Shown one piece after another: positions 11,101-19,739 of a stretch of DNA of 64,000 nucleotides. Positions within the stretch are counted from its first letter, which is position 1, and each line of letters starts with the position of its first letter. The position numbers were made by a program, and so were the translations under genes. The DNA is from Rhizobiaceae bacterium. Its GTDB lineage: Bacteria > Pseudomonadota > Alphaproteobacteria > Rhizobiales > Rhizobiaceae. The notes under the pieces were generated by a model. That model was not told where the DNA came from. It saw only the letters and a list, made by a program, of their open reading frames with translations, and made no database searches. The stretch is from contig JAILWO010000004.1 in NCBI GenBank assembly GCA_025698895.1, forward strand, positions 129,936-193,935, in the 5' to 3' direction.

Positions 11101-11188
11101 CCGGCCTGTCCACGCGCGGGAGGCCGGGGTCGTCTCCGGCCTCCCGCGAGAAGCGCCCGACGATCGGGACCTGGCATCAGGGGACTTC

Positions 11189-12841
11189 ATGAGAGCCGCG
11201 ACCGCTCTTCTTCTTCGTATCCTGGCTTTGGCCTGGCTGGCCGCGCTCGTCGCGTCCGCGCCCGCCGCCGCGCAGGACGAGACGCTCGATCCCGGCGGCG
11301 AGGCGGCGCGCCTGCTCAGGCTGCTTCCGGAGGGGAGCTATCGCGACCGCGCCGAGATCATCGGTCAACTGGCACGGACCGGCGAGCCGGCCCTGGTGCC
11401 GATCCTGCGCCGCCTGGAGGCAGGCGATCTCCATGCCTTGCCCGACGGCGGGGCTATCGTCACCATCAAGGACGCGGAAGGCGGCGACGTCGTCGCTACC
11501 GACGTGGCGACCGGCGAGGAGGTCGGAACGCTTGCCAAGAGCGAACTCGTTCAGGTGCGGGTCAACAATCTGATCCGCCGCGAGGTGCGCACCGCCATCG
11601 GCGCGCTGACGCTGATGAGCCCCGATCCGGGGCGCCGGATCGCCGCCGCGCAAGGCATGTTCTCGAACGCCGATGCCGAGACGATCCCGGTCATCGACGA
11701 GGCCCTGGCGCAAGAGGACAACCCGGCCGTGCGCAAGGTGATGGAGGAGGTTCGCGCCGTCGCCGTCCTGCGTGACGGCACGTCCTCCCAGCATGAATTG
11801 GCCGCCGCTGTCGACACCATCGTCGATCGCGGCGGGCGCGAGGCCATCGGCATTCTCGACAATGCGCGCACGAGCGTAGCCGACGACGTCATTCCCACGA
11901 TCGATGCGGGCATCGCCTCCATCCAGCGCTCGCTGAAGCTGTGGGGGCTGGGGCAGGATGTCTGGTACGGCCTGTCGCTTGGATCGGTCCTGCTTCTGGC
12001 GGCGATCGGGCTTGCGATCACCTTCGGCGTCATGGGCGTCATCAATATGGCGCATGGCGAGATGGTGATGCTGGGCGCCTACACCACTTATGTCGTGCAG
12101 CAGGTCATCCGCACCAGCGCGCCCGGGCTGTTCGACTGGTCGCTGGCGATCGCGCTGCCGCTGGCCTTCCTCGTCACGGCGCTGATCGGCATCGCCATCG
12201 AGCGCGGTGTCATCCGCTTCCTCTACGGGCGGCCGCTTGAGACGCTGCTGGCCACCTGGGGCCTGTCGCTGATCATCCAGCAGGCCGTGCGCACGATCTT
12301 CGGCGCGTCCAACCGCGAGGTCGGCAACCCGTCATGGATGTCGGGCGCCTTCGATGTCGGCGGCATGTCGATCACCAACAACCGGCTGTGGATCATCGTG
12401 TTCTCGCTGGTCGTGTTCGCGATGCTGCTCGTCGTGATGCGCAAGACCGCGCTCGGCCTGCAGATGCGCGCCGTCACCCAGAACAGGCGCATGGCGGCCT
12501 CCATGGGCATCAGAACGCCGTGGATCGACGCCATGACCTTCGGGCTCGGCTCCGGCATAGCGGGCCTGGCGGGCGTGGCGCTGTCGCAGATATCCAACGT
12601 GTCGCCCAATCTGGGCCAGAGCTACATCATCGACAGCTTCATGGTGGTGGTGTTCGGTGGCGTCGGCAATCTGTGGGGCACGCTGGTGGGCGCCATGACG
12701 CTTGGCGTGTTCAACAAGTTCCTCGAGCCCTATACCGGTGCGGTGCTGGCCAAGGTGCTGGTGCTGGTCTTCATCATCCTGTTCATCCAGAAGCGTCCGC
12801 GCGGCCTCTTCGCGCTCAAGGGAAGGGCGGTCGAGGCATGA
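11189..12841 (+). CDS. urtB: urea ABC transporter permease UrtB with ~250-aa N-terminal exported extension
   Basis: 550 aa. A signal peptide and soluble region are followed by a branched-chain-type permease core (GLSLGSVLLLAAIGLAITFGVMGVINMAHGE...). Confidence 0.9.
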   Translation: MRAATALLLRILALAWLAALVASAPAAAQDETLDPGGEAARLLRLLPEGSYRDRAEIIGQLARTGEPALVPILRRLEAGDLHALPDGGAIVTIKDAEGGDVVATDVATGEEVGTLAKSELVQVRVNNLIRREVRTAIGALTLMSPDPGRRIAAAQGMFSNADAETIPVIDEALAQEDNPAVRKVMEEVRAVAVLRDGTSSQHELAAAVDTIVDRGGREAIGILDNARTSVADDVIPTIDAGIASIQRSLKLWGLGQDVWYGLSLGSVLLLAAIGLAITFGVMGVINMAHGEMVMLGAYTTYVVQQVIRTSAPGLFDWSLAIALPLAFLVTALIGIAIERGVIRFLYGRPLETLLATWGLSLIIQQAVRTIFGASNREVGNPSWMSGAFDVGGMSITNNRLWIIVFSLVVFAMLLVVMRKTALGLQMRAVTQNRRMAASMGIRTPWIDAMTFGLGSGIAGLAGVALSQISNVSPNLGQSYIIDSFMVVVFGGVGNLWGTLVGAMTLGVFNKFLEPYTGAVLAKVLVLVFIILFIQKRPRGLFALKGRAVEA

Positions 12842-13992
12842 TCACGCGGGCACTCCTTCGCGGCCTCGACGGCAGGGCATGGTGGGTGATCGGCCTGCTG
12901 GTGGCGGTTGCCGTGCTCGTGCCGGCCTCCAACCTGCTCCTGCCGATCGGCCATCCGCTCAGGGTGCCGAACTATCTGGTGCCGCTGCTGGGCAAATATC
13001 TGTGCTACGCCATGCTGGCGCTCGCGCTCGACCTGGTCTGGGGCTATTGCGGCATCCTGTCCCTCGGTCACGGCGCCTTCTTCGCGCTCGGCGGATACGC
13101 CATGGGCATGTATCTGATGCGCCAGATCGGCGACCGGGGCGTCTACGGCAATCCGCTGCTGCCAGATTTCATGGTGTTCCTCAACTGGGACCGGCTGCCC
13201 TGGTACTGGCACGGCTTCGACCAGTTCTGGTTCGCGGCCCTGATGGTGATCGCCGTGCCGGGCCTGCTTGCCTTCGTGTTCGGCTGGTTCGCCTTCAGGA
13301 GCCGCGTCACCGGCGTCTATCTGTCGATCATCACCCAGGCCATGACCTATGCGCTGCTGCTCGCCTTCTTCCGCAACGACATGGGCTTCGGCGGCAACAA
13401 CGGCCTGACCGACTTTCGCGAGATCCTCGGCTTTCCGATCCGGGGAAGCGGCACGCGGGCCGGGCTGTTCGCGGCGTCGGCGCTGATGCTGGCGGCGGCG
13501 TTCCTGATCTGCTCGTCGATCGTCAATTCCAAGCTGGGCAAGCTGATGGTGGCGATGCGCGACGCCGAAAGCCGCACGCGCTTCATCGGCTGGCGGCCGG
13601 AGAACGTGAAGCTGTTCGCCTTCACCGTCTCGGCGGCGATCGCGGGTATCGCCGGCGCGCTCTACGTGCCGCAGGTCGGCATCATCAACCCCGGTGAATT
13701 CGCCCCGGCCAACTCGATCGAGGTCGTGGTGTGGACGGCGCTCGGCGGGCGCGGGACGCTGGTCGGGCCGATCATCGGGGCGGTGCTGGTCAATGTGACG
13801 AAATCCTATTTTACGATCGCCTATCCGGAGCTGTGGCTGTTCGCGTTGGGCGGCCTGTTCGTGGCCGTCACGATCTTCCTGCCGAAGGGGATCCTGGGGC
13901 TGGTTTCGACAGAGCGCCTAGCGGGCCTGTTCCGGCGCCAGGCGTCGGAAGCATCCGACGACGCGCTCACCAGACCGTCGCCTGCAGAGTAG
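12838..13992 (+). CDS. urtC: urea ABC transporter permease UrtC
   Basis: The ATG at 12838 overlaps the urtB stop (ATGA). It encodes a 384-aa polytopic LivM-type permease (LDLVWGYCGILSLGHGAFFALGGY). Confidence 0.9.
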   Translation: MITRALLRGLDGRAWWVIGLLVAVAVLVPASNLLLPIGHPLRVPNYLVPLLGKYLCYAMLALALDLVWGYCGILSLGHGAFFALGGYAMGMYLMRQIGDRGVYGNPLLPDFMVFLNWDRLPWYWHGFDQFWFAALMVIAVPGLLAFVFGWFAFRSRVTGVYLSIITQAMTYALLLAFFRNDMGFGGNNGLTDFREILGFPIRGSGTRAGLFAASALMLAAAFLICSSIVNSKLGKLMVAMRDAESRTRFIGWRPENVKLFAFTVSAAIAGIAGALYVPQVGIINPGEFAPANSIEVVVWTALGGRGTLVGPIIGAVLVNVTKSYFTIAYPELWLFALGGLFVAVTIFLPKGILGLVSTERLAGLFRRQASEASDDALTRPSPAE

Positions 13993-13996
13993 AGCC

Positions 13997-14743
13997 ATGC
14001 CGCGTCACGACACCCTTCTTTATCTCGACGGCGTATCGGTCTCCTTCGACGGGTTTCGGGCGATCAACAACCTGTCGCTGGTGCTCGACAAGGGCGAAAT
14101 GCGCGCGATCATCGGGCCGAACGGGGCCGGCAAGACCACGATGATGGACATCATCACCGGCAAGACCCGTCCCGACACCGGCGAGGTCTATTTCGACGGT
14201 TCCGTCGACCTGACGGCCCATGACGAGGCCGACATCGCCATGATGGGGATCGGCAGGAAATTCCAGAAGCCGACCGTCTTCGAAAGCCACACGGTCGAGG
14301 ACAATCTCATCCTGTCGCTGAAAGGGCCTCGCTCGATCTTTCCCGCCCTGTTCCACGCCGGCACCGGAGAGCAGGCGCGCCGCATTGACGCGATCCTTGA
14401 GACGATCCGGCTCGGCGCGCGGCGCGACGACCTGGCCGCCAGTCTCAGCCATGGGCAGAAGCAGTGGCTGGAGATCGGCATGCTGCTCGCGCAGGACCCC
14501 AAGCTCCTGCTCGTCGACGAGCCGGTGGCGGGCATGACGGACGCCGAGACCGAGGAGACGGCGCGGCTGCTGCGCGATATCGCCCGCGACCATTCCGTCA
14601 TCGTGGTCGAGCACGACATGCATTTCGTGCGCGAACTCGGCGTCAAGGTGACCTGCCTGCACGAGGGTTCGGTCCTGTCGGAAGGCTCGCTCGACCACGT
14701 CTCGTCCGACAGCCGCGTCATCGAAGTCTATCTGGGGAGGTAG
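13997..14743 (+). CDS. urtD: urea ABC transporter ATP-binding protein UrtD
   Basis: 248 aa with Walker A GPNGAGKTT, signature LSHGQKQWLEIG and Walker B LLLVDEP. Confidence 0.92.
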   Translation: MPRHDTLLYLDGVSVSFDGFRAINNLSLVLDKGEMRAIIGPNGAGKTTMMDIITGKTRPDTGEVYFDGSVDLTAHDEADIAMMGIGRKFQKPTVFESHTVEDNLILSLKGPRSIFPALFHAGTGEQARRIDAILETIRLGARRDDLAASLSHGQKQWLEIGMLLAQDPKLLLVDEPVAGMTDAETEETARLLRDIARDHSVIVVEHDMHFVRELGVKVTCLHEGSVLSEGSLDHVSSDSRVIEVYLGR

Positions 14744-14802
14744 GGATGTGGCGGGTTCCGATTGAGAAGTATTTTGTTGCTGTCGAAGGGCCTGCGTCCA
14801 AT

Positions 14803-14985
14803 ACCCCTCATCCGCCTTCACTTCGTTCAGGCACCTTCTCCCACAGGGGGAGAAGGGGACGCGCTGCATTACCGTTTCCGCAAAACCACGAGCGCTGGCG
14901 ATCAGCAGAAGCGGTCGTCCCAACCACCGTCCCTTCTCCCCTTGTGGGAGAAGGTGGCCGAGCGAAGCGAGGTAGGATGAGGGGT
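14803..14985. repeat. palindromic intergenic repeat element (two ~55-bp inverted arms, each with its own small hairpin)
   Basis: The left arm ACCCCTCATCCGCCTTCACTTCGTTCAGGCACCTTCTCCCACAGGGGGAGAAGG (from 14803) matches the reverse complement of 14930-14985 at roughly 85% by hand alignment. Each arm contains CTTCTCCC-N4-GGGAGAAG. Confidence 0.8.
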
Positions 14986-14992
14986 GCTCGTC

Positions 14993-15266
14993 CTAGACCC
15001 TTTCACGGTCAGATGGAAACAGTTCTGTTTGCCCGATGGCGAGGTGATCCGGCAGGAGAGACGCGATGGTCGTGGTGGTGCCACGGCCGAGCGGTTCGAC
15101 GCACCGGGCGCCCGCCAGCGGCAAACCCTTCGGGCCGGGTGCATTTGGCCGAAATCCTTCGGGTTTCGTCTCCGACGTGGGTCCACCACGACCATCGACG
15201 AAACCCTCGACCTTCGGCCAAACGCCCTCCGGCAGAACGATTCCACCTGGCCGTGAAAGGGTCTAG
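14993..15266. mobile_element. MITE-like non-coding element with 26-bp terminal inverted repeats
   Basis: CTAGACCCTTTCACGGTCAGATGGAA (14993-15018) matches the reverse complement of 15241-15266 (CTAGACCCTTTCACGGCCAGGTGGAA) at 24 of 26 positions. An internal perfect 14-bp inverted repeat GATGGTCGTGGTGG / CCACCACGACCATC lies at 15065-15078 and 15183-15196. There is no credible ORF. Confidence 0.6.
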
Positions 15267-15293
15267 CCTCTTCGTCAAGGGAGCAGCGCCCTC

Positions 15294-15989
15294 ATGCTGA
15301 CCGTCTCCGATCTCACGCTTCACTACGGCGCGGCCCAGGCGTTGCGCGGCGTATCGCTGGAGGCGCGGCCGGCCAGCATCACCTGCGTGCTGGGGCGCAA
15401 CGGCGTCGGCAAGACCAGCCTGATGCGCGCCATCGTCGGACATCACCGCCCGTCGGCGGGAACCATAGCCTTCGAGGGGAAGGCGCTCGGCCGGAGCGCG
15501 GCGTATGACCGCGCCCGGTCGGGCATCGCTTTCGTGCCGCAGGGCAGGGAGATATTTCCGCTCTTGTCGGTGCGCGAGAACCTGGAAACCGGCTTCGCGC
15601 CGCTCAGGCGCGGCGAAAGGACGATCCCCGACCACGTCTTCGAGCTGTTTCCGGTGCTCAACGACATGCTCGGCCGGCGCGGCGGCGACCTTTCGGGCGG
15701 CCAGCAGCAGCAGCTTGCCATCGGCCGAGCGCTGGTGACGCGGCCGAAGCTTCTGGTGCTCGACGAGCCGACGGAAGGGATCCAGCCCTCGATCATCAAG
15801 GACATAGGCCGCGCGATACGCTATTTGCGCGACAGCGCCGGGATCGCTATCCTGCTTGTCGAGCAGTATCTCGACTTCTGCCGCGAGCTCGCCGACGAGG
15901 TGAACATCATGGATCGCGGCCTGATCGTGCATACCGGGCCGGCCGCCGATCTGGACCGGGCGGATGTGCGCGGCTACCTGACGGTCTAG
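15294..15989 (+). CDS. urtE: urea ABC transporter ATP-binding protein UrtE
   Basis: 231 aa with Walker A GRNGVGKTS, signature LSGGQQQQLAIGRA and Walker B LLVLDEPTEG. Confidence 0.92.
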   Translation: MLTVSDLTLHYGAAQALRGVSLEARPASITCVLGRNGVGKTSLMRAIVGHHRPSAGTIAFEGKALGRSAAYDRARSGIAFVPQGREIFPLLSVRENLETGFAPLRRGERTIPDHVFELFPVLNDMLGRRGGDLSGGQQQQLAIGRALVTRPKLLVLDEPTEGIQPSIIKDIGRAIRYLRDSAGIAILLVEQYLDFCRELADEVNIMDRGLIVHTGPAADLDRADVRGYLTV

Positions 15990-16219
15990 CGTCGCGCGGC
16001 AAACGCTCCGGAAGCGGCGCCGGACCGGATGTTTGACTTGCGCCCCAATGGCGGCTGCGCTAACCCTCGCCGCAACGCAGCATGGGCGCGGCCTCGGGGT
16101 TTCATCCAATTGAAATGCCGCCTCGTCTCGCAACGCCAGGACCCGGTGCGGGCCGTGACGCGAGGGCGAACCGGGCATGAGCCTGCGCGCGATGAGGCGG
16201 CCGCAACGGAAGGCGCAGC

Positions 16220-16585
16220 ATGGACGGACTGCTACAATCCTATCTGCCGATCGTCATATTCATGGGAGTGGCGCTGGCCGTCGGCGTGGCGCTGATCGTC
16301 GCGCCCTTCCTGGTCGCCTACAAGAACCCGGATCCCGAGAAGCTCTCGGCCTATGAATGCGGCTTCAACGCCTTCGACGACGCGCGCATGAAATTCGACG
16401 TGCGTTTCTATCTCGTCTCGATCCTGTTCATCATCTTCGATCTGGAAGTGGCGTTCCTGTTTCCCTGGGCGGTTTCGTTCGGCGAGATCGGCATGCTCGG
16501 CTTCTGGTCGATGATGGTCTTCCTTGGCGTTCTGACCATCGGCTTCATATATGAGTGGAAAAAGGGAGCGCTGGAATGGGACTGA
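16220..16585 (+). CDS. nuoA: NADH-quinone oxidoreductase subunit A
   Basis: 121 aa three-TM protein (YECGF...[26 protein letters not shown]). It is the first gene of the nuo cluster. Confidence 0.95.
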   Translation: MDGLLQSYLPIVIFMGVALAVGVALIVAPFLVAYKNPDPEKLSAYECGFNAFDDARMKFDVRFYLVSILFIIFDLEVAFLFPWAVSFGEIGMLGFWSMMVFLGVLTIGFIYEWKKGALEWD

Positions 16586-17157
16586 CAAACCAGACCGACA
16601 CGCTCGTCGCTCCGAAGCCAAAGGGGATCATCGATCCCAACACAGGCAAGCCCATCGGCTCAGACGACCGCTTCTTCGGCGAGCTGAATTCCGAACTGTC
16701 CGACAAGGGTTTCGTCGTCACCTCGTCCGAGGCACTGATCACATGGGCGCGCACAGGCTCGCTGATGTGGATGACGTTCGGGCTCGCCTGCTGCGCGGTG
16801 GAGATGATGCACTTCTCCATGCCGCGCTACGACGCTGAACGCTTCGGCATCGCGCCGCGCGCGAGCCCGCGCCAGTCCGATGTGATGATCGTGGCCGGCA
16901 CGCTGACCAACAAGATGGCGCCCGCGCTTCGGAAGGTCTACGACCAGATGCCGGAGCCGCGCTACGTGATCTCGATGGGATCATGCGCCAATGGTGGCGG
17001 CTATTATCACTATTCCTATTCGGTGGTTCGCGGCTGCGACCGGGTGGTGCCGATCGACGTCTATGTGCCGGGCTGCCCGCCCACGGCCGAGGCGCTGCTC
17101 TACGGCTTTCTCCTCCTGCAGAAGAAGATCCGCCGCACCGGCACGATCGAGAGGTAG
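16576..17157 (+). CDS. nuoB: NADH-quinone oxidoreductase subunit B
   Basis: The ATG at 16576 has AAAGGGAG 8 nt upstream and overlaps the nuoA end. N2-cluster motifs are present ([29 protein letters not shown]). Confidence 0.95.
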   Translation: MGLTNQTDTLVAPKPKGIIDPNTGKPIGSDDRFFGELNSELSDKGFVVTSSEALITWARTGSLMWMTFGLACCAVEMMHFSMPRYDAERFGIAPRASPRQSDVMIVAGTLTNKMAPALRKVYDQMPEPRYVISMGSCANGGGYYHYSYSVVRGCDRVVPIDVYVPGCPPTAEALLYGFLLLQKKIRRTGTIER

Positions 17158-17191
17158 GTGCGATGAAGGTCCGCGAACTGGAGTCCCATAA

Positions 17192-17794
17192 GTGAGCGAA
17201 GCCCTCAACGAACTGGCTGCCTATCTCGGCGAGAAGCTGGGCTCGAAGGTCCATACGGCGACGGTCGCCTTCGGCGAACTGACCGTGACCTGCGCCGCGC
17301 ACGAGATCATCGACGTGCTGACGTTCCTCAAGAATGACGTGCAGTGCCAGTTCATCTCCTTCATCGACATTTCAGGCGCCGATTATCCGGGCCGGGAGCG
17401 CCGCTTCGACGTCGTCTATCACCTCTTGTCGCCGCGCCAGAACCAGCGCATCCGCGTCAAGGTCGAGACCGACGAGGACACCCCGGTTCCTTCGGTTACA
17501 CCCGTCTATCCGGGCGCCGACTGGTTCGAGCGCGAGGCCTACGATCTCTACGGCATCCTGTTCACCGGCCATCCGGACCTGCGCCGCATCCTGACCGACT
17601 ACGGGTTCGAGGGGCATCCGCTCCGGAAGGATTTCCCGCTCACCGGCTTCGTCGAGGTGCGTTACGACGACGAGGTCAAGCGCGTGGTCTACGAGCCGGT
17701 CGAGCTCAAGCAGGAATTCCGCAATTTCGATTTCCTCTCCCCGTGGGAAGGCACTGATTACGTGCTTCCGGGCGATGAAAAGGCGAAGCAGTGA
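17192..17794 (+). CDS. nuoC: NADH-quinone oxidoreductase subunit C
   Basis: 200 aa with a GTG start. Typical 30-kDa subunit sequence is present (FDVVYHLLS...[25 protein letters not shown]). Confidence 0.95.
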   Translation: MSEALNELAAYLGEKLGSKVHTATVAFGELTVTCAAHEIIDVLTFLKNDVQCQFISFIDISGADYPGRERRFDVVYHLLSPRQNQRIRVKVETDEDTPVPSVTPVYPGADWFEREAYDLYGILFTGHPDLRRILTDYGFEGHPLRKDFPLTGFVEVRYDDEVKRVVYEPVELKQEFRNFDFLSPWEGTDYVLPGDEKAKQ

Positions 17795-17800
17795 TGCGGG

Positions 17801-17822
17801 CAGTCGGCAGATCGGCAGTCGG
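17801..17822. repeat. tandem heptamer array CAGTCGG x3 (middle unit is an 8-mer, CAGATCGG)
   Basis: Read directly: CAGTCGG CAGATCGG CAGTCGG. It starts 7 nt after the nuoC stop and ends 2 nt before the next ATG. It is the reverse complement of the array at 18225-18252. Confidence 0.9.
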
Positions 17823-17824
17823 CA

Positions 17825-18223
17825 ATGGGAGTGTCGATGGCGGACGAGAATGGCATAAGCTCGTATCGCGACCTGAGGGTCTGGAAAGAAGCCATGGAGC
17901 TGGCCGCGGAATGCTACAAACTGTCCCGTGCCCTTCCGCGCGAGGAAGCGTTCGGGCTGACCGCGCAGATAAGGCGGGCTTCCGCGTCGGTTCCCGCCAA
18001 CATTGCCGAGGGCTATGGCCGCGAGAGCTCCGGCAGCTACGTGCAGTTCCTGAGGAATGCACAGGGATCGTTGAAGGAACTCGAGACCCATCTGCTGCTT
18101 GCCGAGAAGGTCGAGTTGCTGGGTGGAACCGGCCTCGAGCCAATACTGGCGCGTGCCGACGCGGTCGGCCGCATGCTACGGGGGCTGATCCGGTCGATTC
18201 AGCGACCAGATTCAGCCCGATGA
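17825..18223 (+). CDS. four-helix-bundle protein (23S rRNA intervening-sequence protein / Avd-like family)
   Basis: 132 aa. Hallmark sequence: [55 protein letters not shown]...[22 protein letters not shown]. An alternative ATG lies at 17837. Confidence 0.8.
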   Translation: MGVSMADENGISSYRDLRVWKEAMELAAECYKLSRALPREEAFGLTAQIRRASASVPANIAEGYGRESSGSYVQFLRNAQGSLKELETHLLLAEKVELLGGTGLEPILARADAVGRMLRGLIRSIQRPDSAR

Positions 18224-18224
18224 A

Positions 18225-18252
18225 CCGACTGCCGACTGCCGACTGCCGACTG
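18225..18252. repeat. tandem heptamer array CCGACTG x4 (perfect)
   Basis: Read directly. It starts 2 nt after the four-helix-bundle gene stop and ends 17 nt before the nuoD ATG. It is the inverted complement of the array at 17801-17822. Confidence 0.9.
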
Positions 18253-18269
18253 CCCGAGGGCATTCCAAA

Positions 18270-19460
18270 ATGACCGAACACAACGTCCGCAACTTCAACA
18301 TCAATTTCGGCCCGCAGCATCCGGCCGCGCATGGCGTCCTGCGGCTGGTGCTGGAACTCGACGGCGAGGTGGTCGATCGCGTCGACCCGCATATCGGCCT
18401 CCTGCACCGCGGCACGGAAAAGCTGATCGAGGCCAAGACCTATCTCCAGGCCATCCCCTATTTCGACCGGCTCGACTATGTCGCGCCGATGAACCAGGAG
18501 CATGCGTTCGCGCTCGCGGTGGAGCGGCTGCTGGAGATGGAGGTGCCGCGGCGCGGCCAGGTGATCCGCGTGCTCTATTCCGAGATCGGCCGCATCCTGT
18601 CGCATCTTCTCAACGTCACCACGCAGGCGCTCGACGTGGGCGCGCTCACCCCGCCGCTGTGGGGGTTCGAGGAGCGCGAGAAGCTGATGGTGTTCTATGA
18701 ACGCGCTTCCGGGGCGCGCATGCATGCAGCCTATTTCCGGCCGGGCGGCGTGCACCAGGACATCCCCGACAAGCTCGTCGAGGACATCGGCAAGTGGATC
18801 GACCCGTTCCTTGGAACGGTCAAGGATCTGGACGATTTCCTCACCGGCAACCGCATCTTCAAGCAGCGCAACGTCGATATCGGCGTGGTGAGCCTGGAGG
18901 ACGCCTGGGCCTGGGGCTTCTCGGGCGTGATGGTGCGCGGCTCCGGCGCGCCCTGGGACCTGCGCAAGTCACAGCCCTATGAGTGCTACGCGGAGATGGA
19001 TTTCGACATCCCGGTCGGCAAGAACGGCGACTGCTACGACCGCTATCTGATCCGCATGGAGGAGATGCGCCAGTCGGCCAGGATCATGCGCCAGTGTGTC
19101 GACCTGCTGCTCGGCAAGGACAAGGTCGGGCCGGTTTCCAACACCGACGGCAAGGTCGTCCCGCCCAAGCGCCCGGCCATGAAGCGGTCCATGGAGGCGC
19201 TGATCCATCATTTCAAGCTCTATACCGAGGGCTATCGCGTGCCGGCGGGCGAGGTTTATGCCGCCGTCGAGGCGCCGAAGGGCGAGTTCGGCGTCTATCT
19301 GGTGTCGGACGGCACCAACAAGCCTTATCGCTGCAAGCTGCGCGCGCCGGGCTTCGCGCATCTGCAGGCGATGGACTTCCTGTGCCGCGGCCACATGCTG
19401 GCAGACGTGTCGGCGTTGCTCGGCTCGCTCGATATCGTTTTTGGGGAGGTGGACAGATGA
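18270..19460 (+). CDS. nuoD: NADH-quinone oxidoreductase subunit D
   Basis: 396 aa of canonical 49-kDa subunit sequence ([34 protein letters not shown]). Confidence 0.97.
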   Translation: MTEHNVRNFNINFGPQHPAAHGVLRLVLELDGEVVDRVDPHIGLLHRGTEKLIEAKTYLQAIPYFDRLDYVAPMNQEHAFALAVERLLEMEVPRRGQVIRVLYSEIGRILSHLLNVTTQALDVGALTPPLWGFEEREKLMVFYERASGARMHAAYFRPGGVHQDIPDKLVEDIGKWIDPFLGTVKDLDDFLTGNRIFKQRNVDIGVVSLEDAWAWGFSGVMVRGSGAPWDLRKSQPYECYAEMDFDIPVGKNGDCYDRYLIRMEEMRQSARIMRQCVDLLLGKDKVGPVSNTDGKVVPPKRPAMKRSMEALIHHFKLYTEGYRVPAGEVYAAVEAPKGEFGVYLVSDGTNKPYRCKLRAPGFAHLQAMDFLCRGHMLADVSALLGSLDIVFGEVDR

Positions 19461-19738
19461 CCGAACAGCTTCAGTGCGAAAAGCATGGTCTCCAGAACGA
19501 GGCCTTCATCTGCAGCCATCTGGTGTCGACGCTGAGCGACAAGGTCTCGCGCGGGCTGGTCTGGTCGCGTGACGAGGACGGGCTCATCAACGCCTATTGC
19601 GTCGGTTGTCAGGACATGCTGACCGAAGCCGGCGGCGAGTGGACCGAGGAACTGCAGGAAAAGGCGGGCATCGCGATCGCCTGCGAGGCCTGCATCATGC
19701 CGCTGTTCGAACTCAACGGGACCGAGAGACCCGCCTGA
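19457..19738 (+). CDS. hypothetical Cys-rich protein (93 aa) translationally coupled to nuoD
   Basis: The ATG at 19457 overlaps the nuoD stop (ATGA), and the ORF ends 1 nt before nuoE. It has six Cys, including CVGC and CEAC pairs. I recognise no family. Confidence 0.55.
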   Translation: MTEQLQCEKHGLQNEAFICSHLVSTLSDKVSRGLVWSRDEDGLINAYCVGCQDMLTEAGGEWTEELQEKAGIAIACEACIMPLFELNGTERPA

Positions 19739-19739
19739 A

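Noticed and set aside
9700-11190. 496-aa minus-strand ORF.
   Set aside because: It is antisense to urtA, which has a signal peptide, an RBS and a sigma-54 promoter in the plus orientation.
14464-15300. ORFs crossing the urtD-urtE spacer (14464-15300 plus, 14762-14980 plus, 14902-15246 minus, 15009-16178 minus).
   Set aside because: They translate the palindromic repeat elements (for example ..PSPLVGEGGRAKRGRMRG..) or run antisense to urtE. The repeats explain the open frames. None has an RBS or family resemblance.
16000-16219. Looked for a sigma-70 promoter upstream of nuoA (TTGACT at about 16031) and for a tRNA or sRNA.
   Set aside because: No acceptable -10 element lies at 16-19 nt spacing. 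No tRNA-like T-loop or cloverleaf features or terminator were seen. The evidence is too weak to report.
17825-18223. Possibility that the four-helix-bundle (Avd-like) gene marks a diversity-generating retroelement.
   Set aside because: No reverse transcriptase gene and no template/variable repeat pair are visible anywhere in the window. The neighbours are nuoC and nuoD.
17801-18252. Possibility that the short tandem arrays (here and at 35900-36014) are CRISPR arrays.
   Set aside because: The units are only 7-8 nt and directly abutting with no spacers. There are no cas genes. The two arrays of each pair are in inverted, not direct, orientation.
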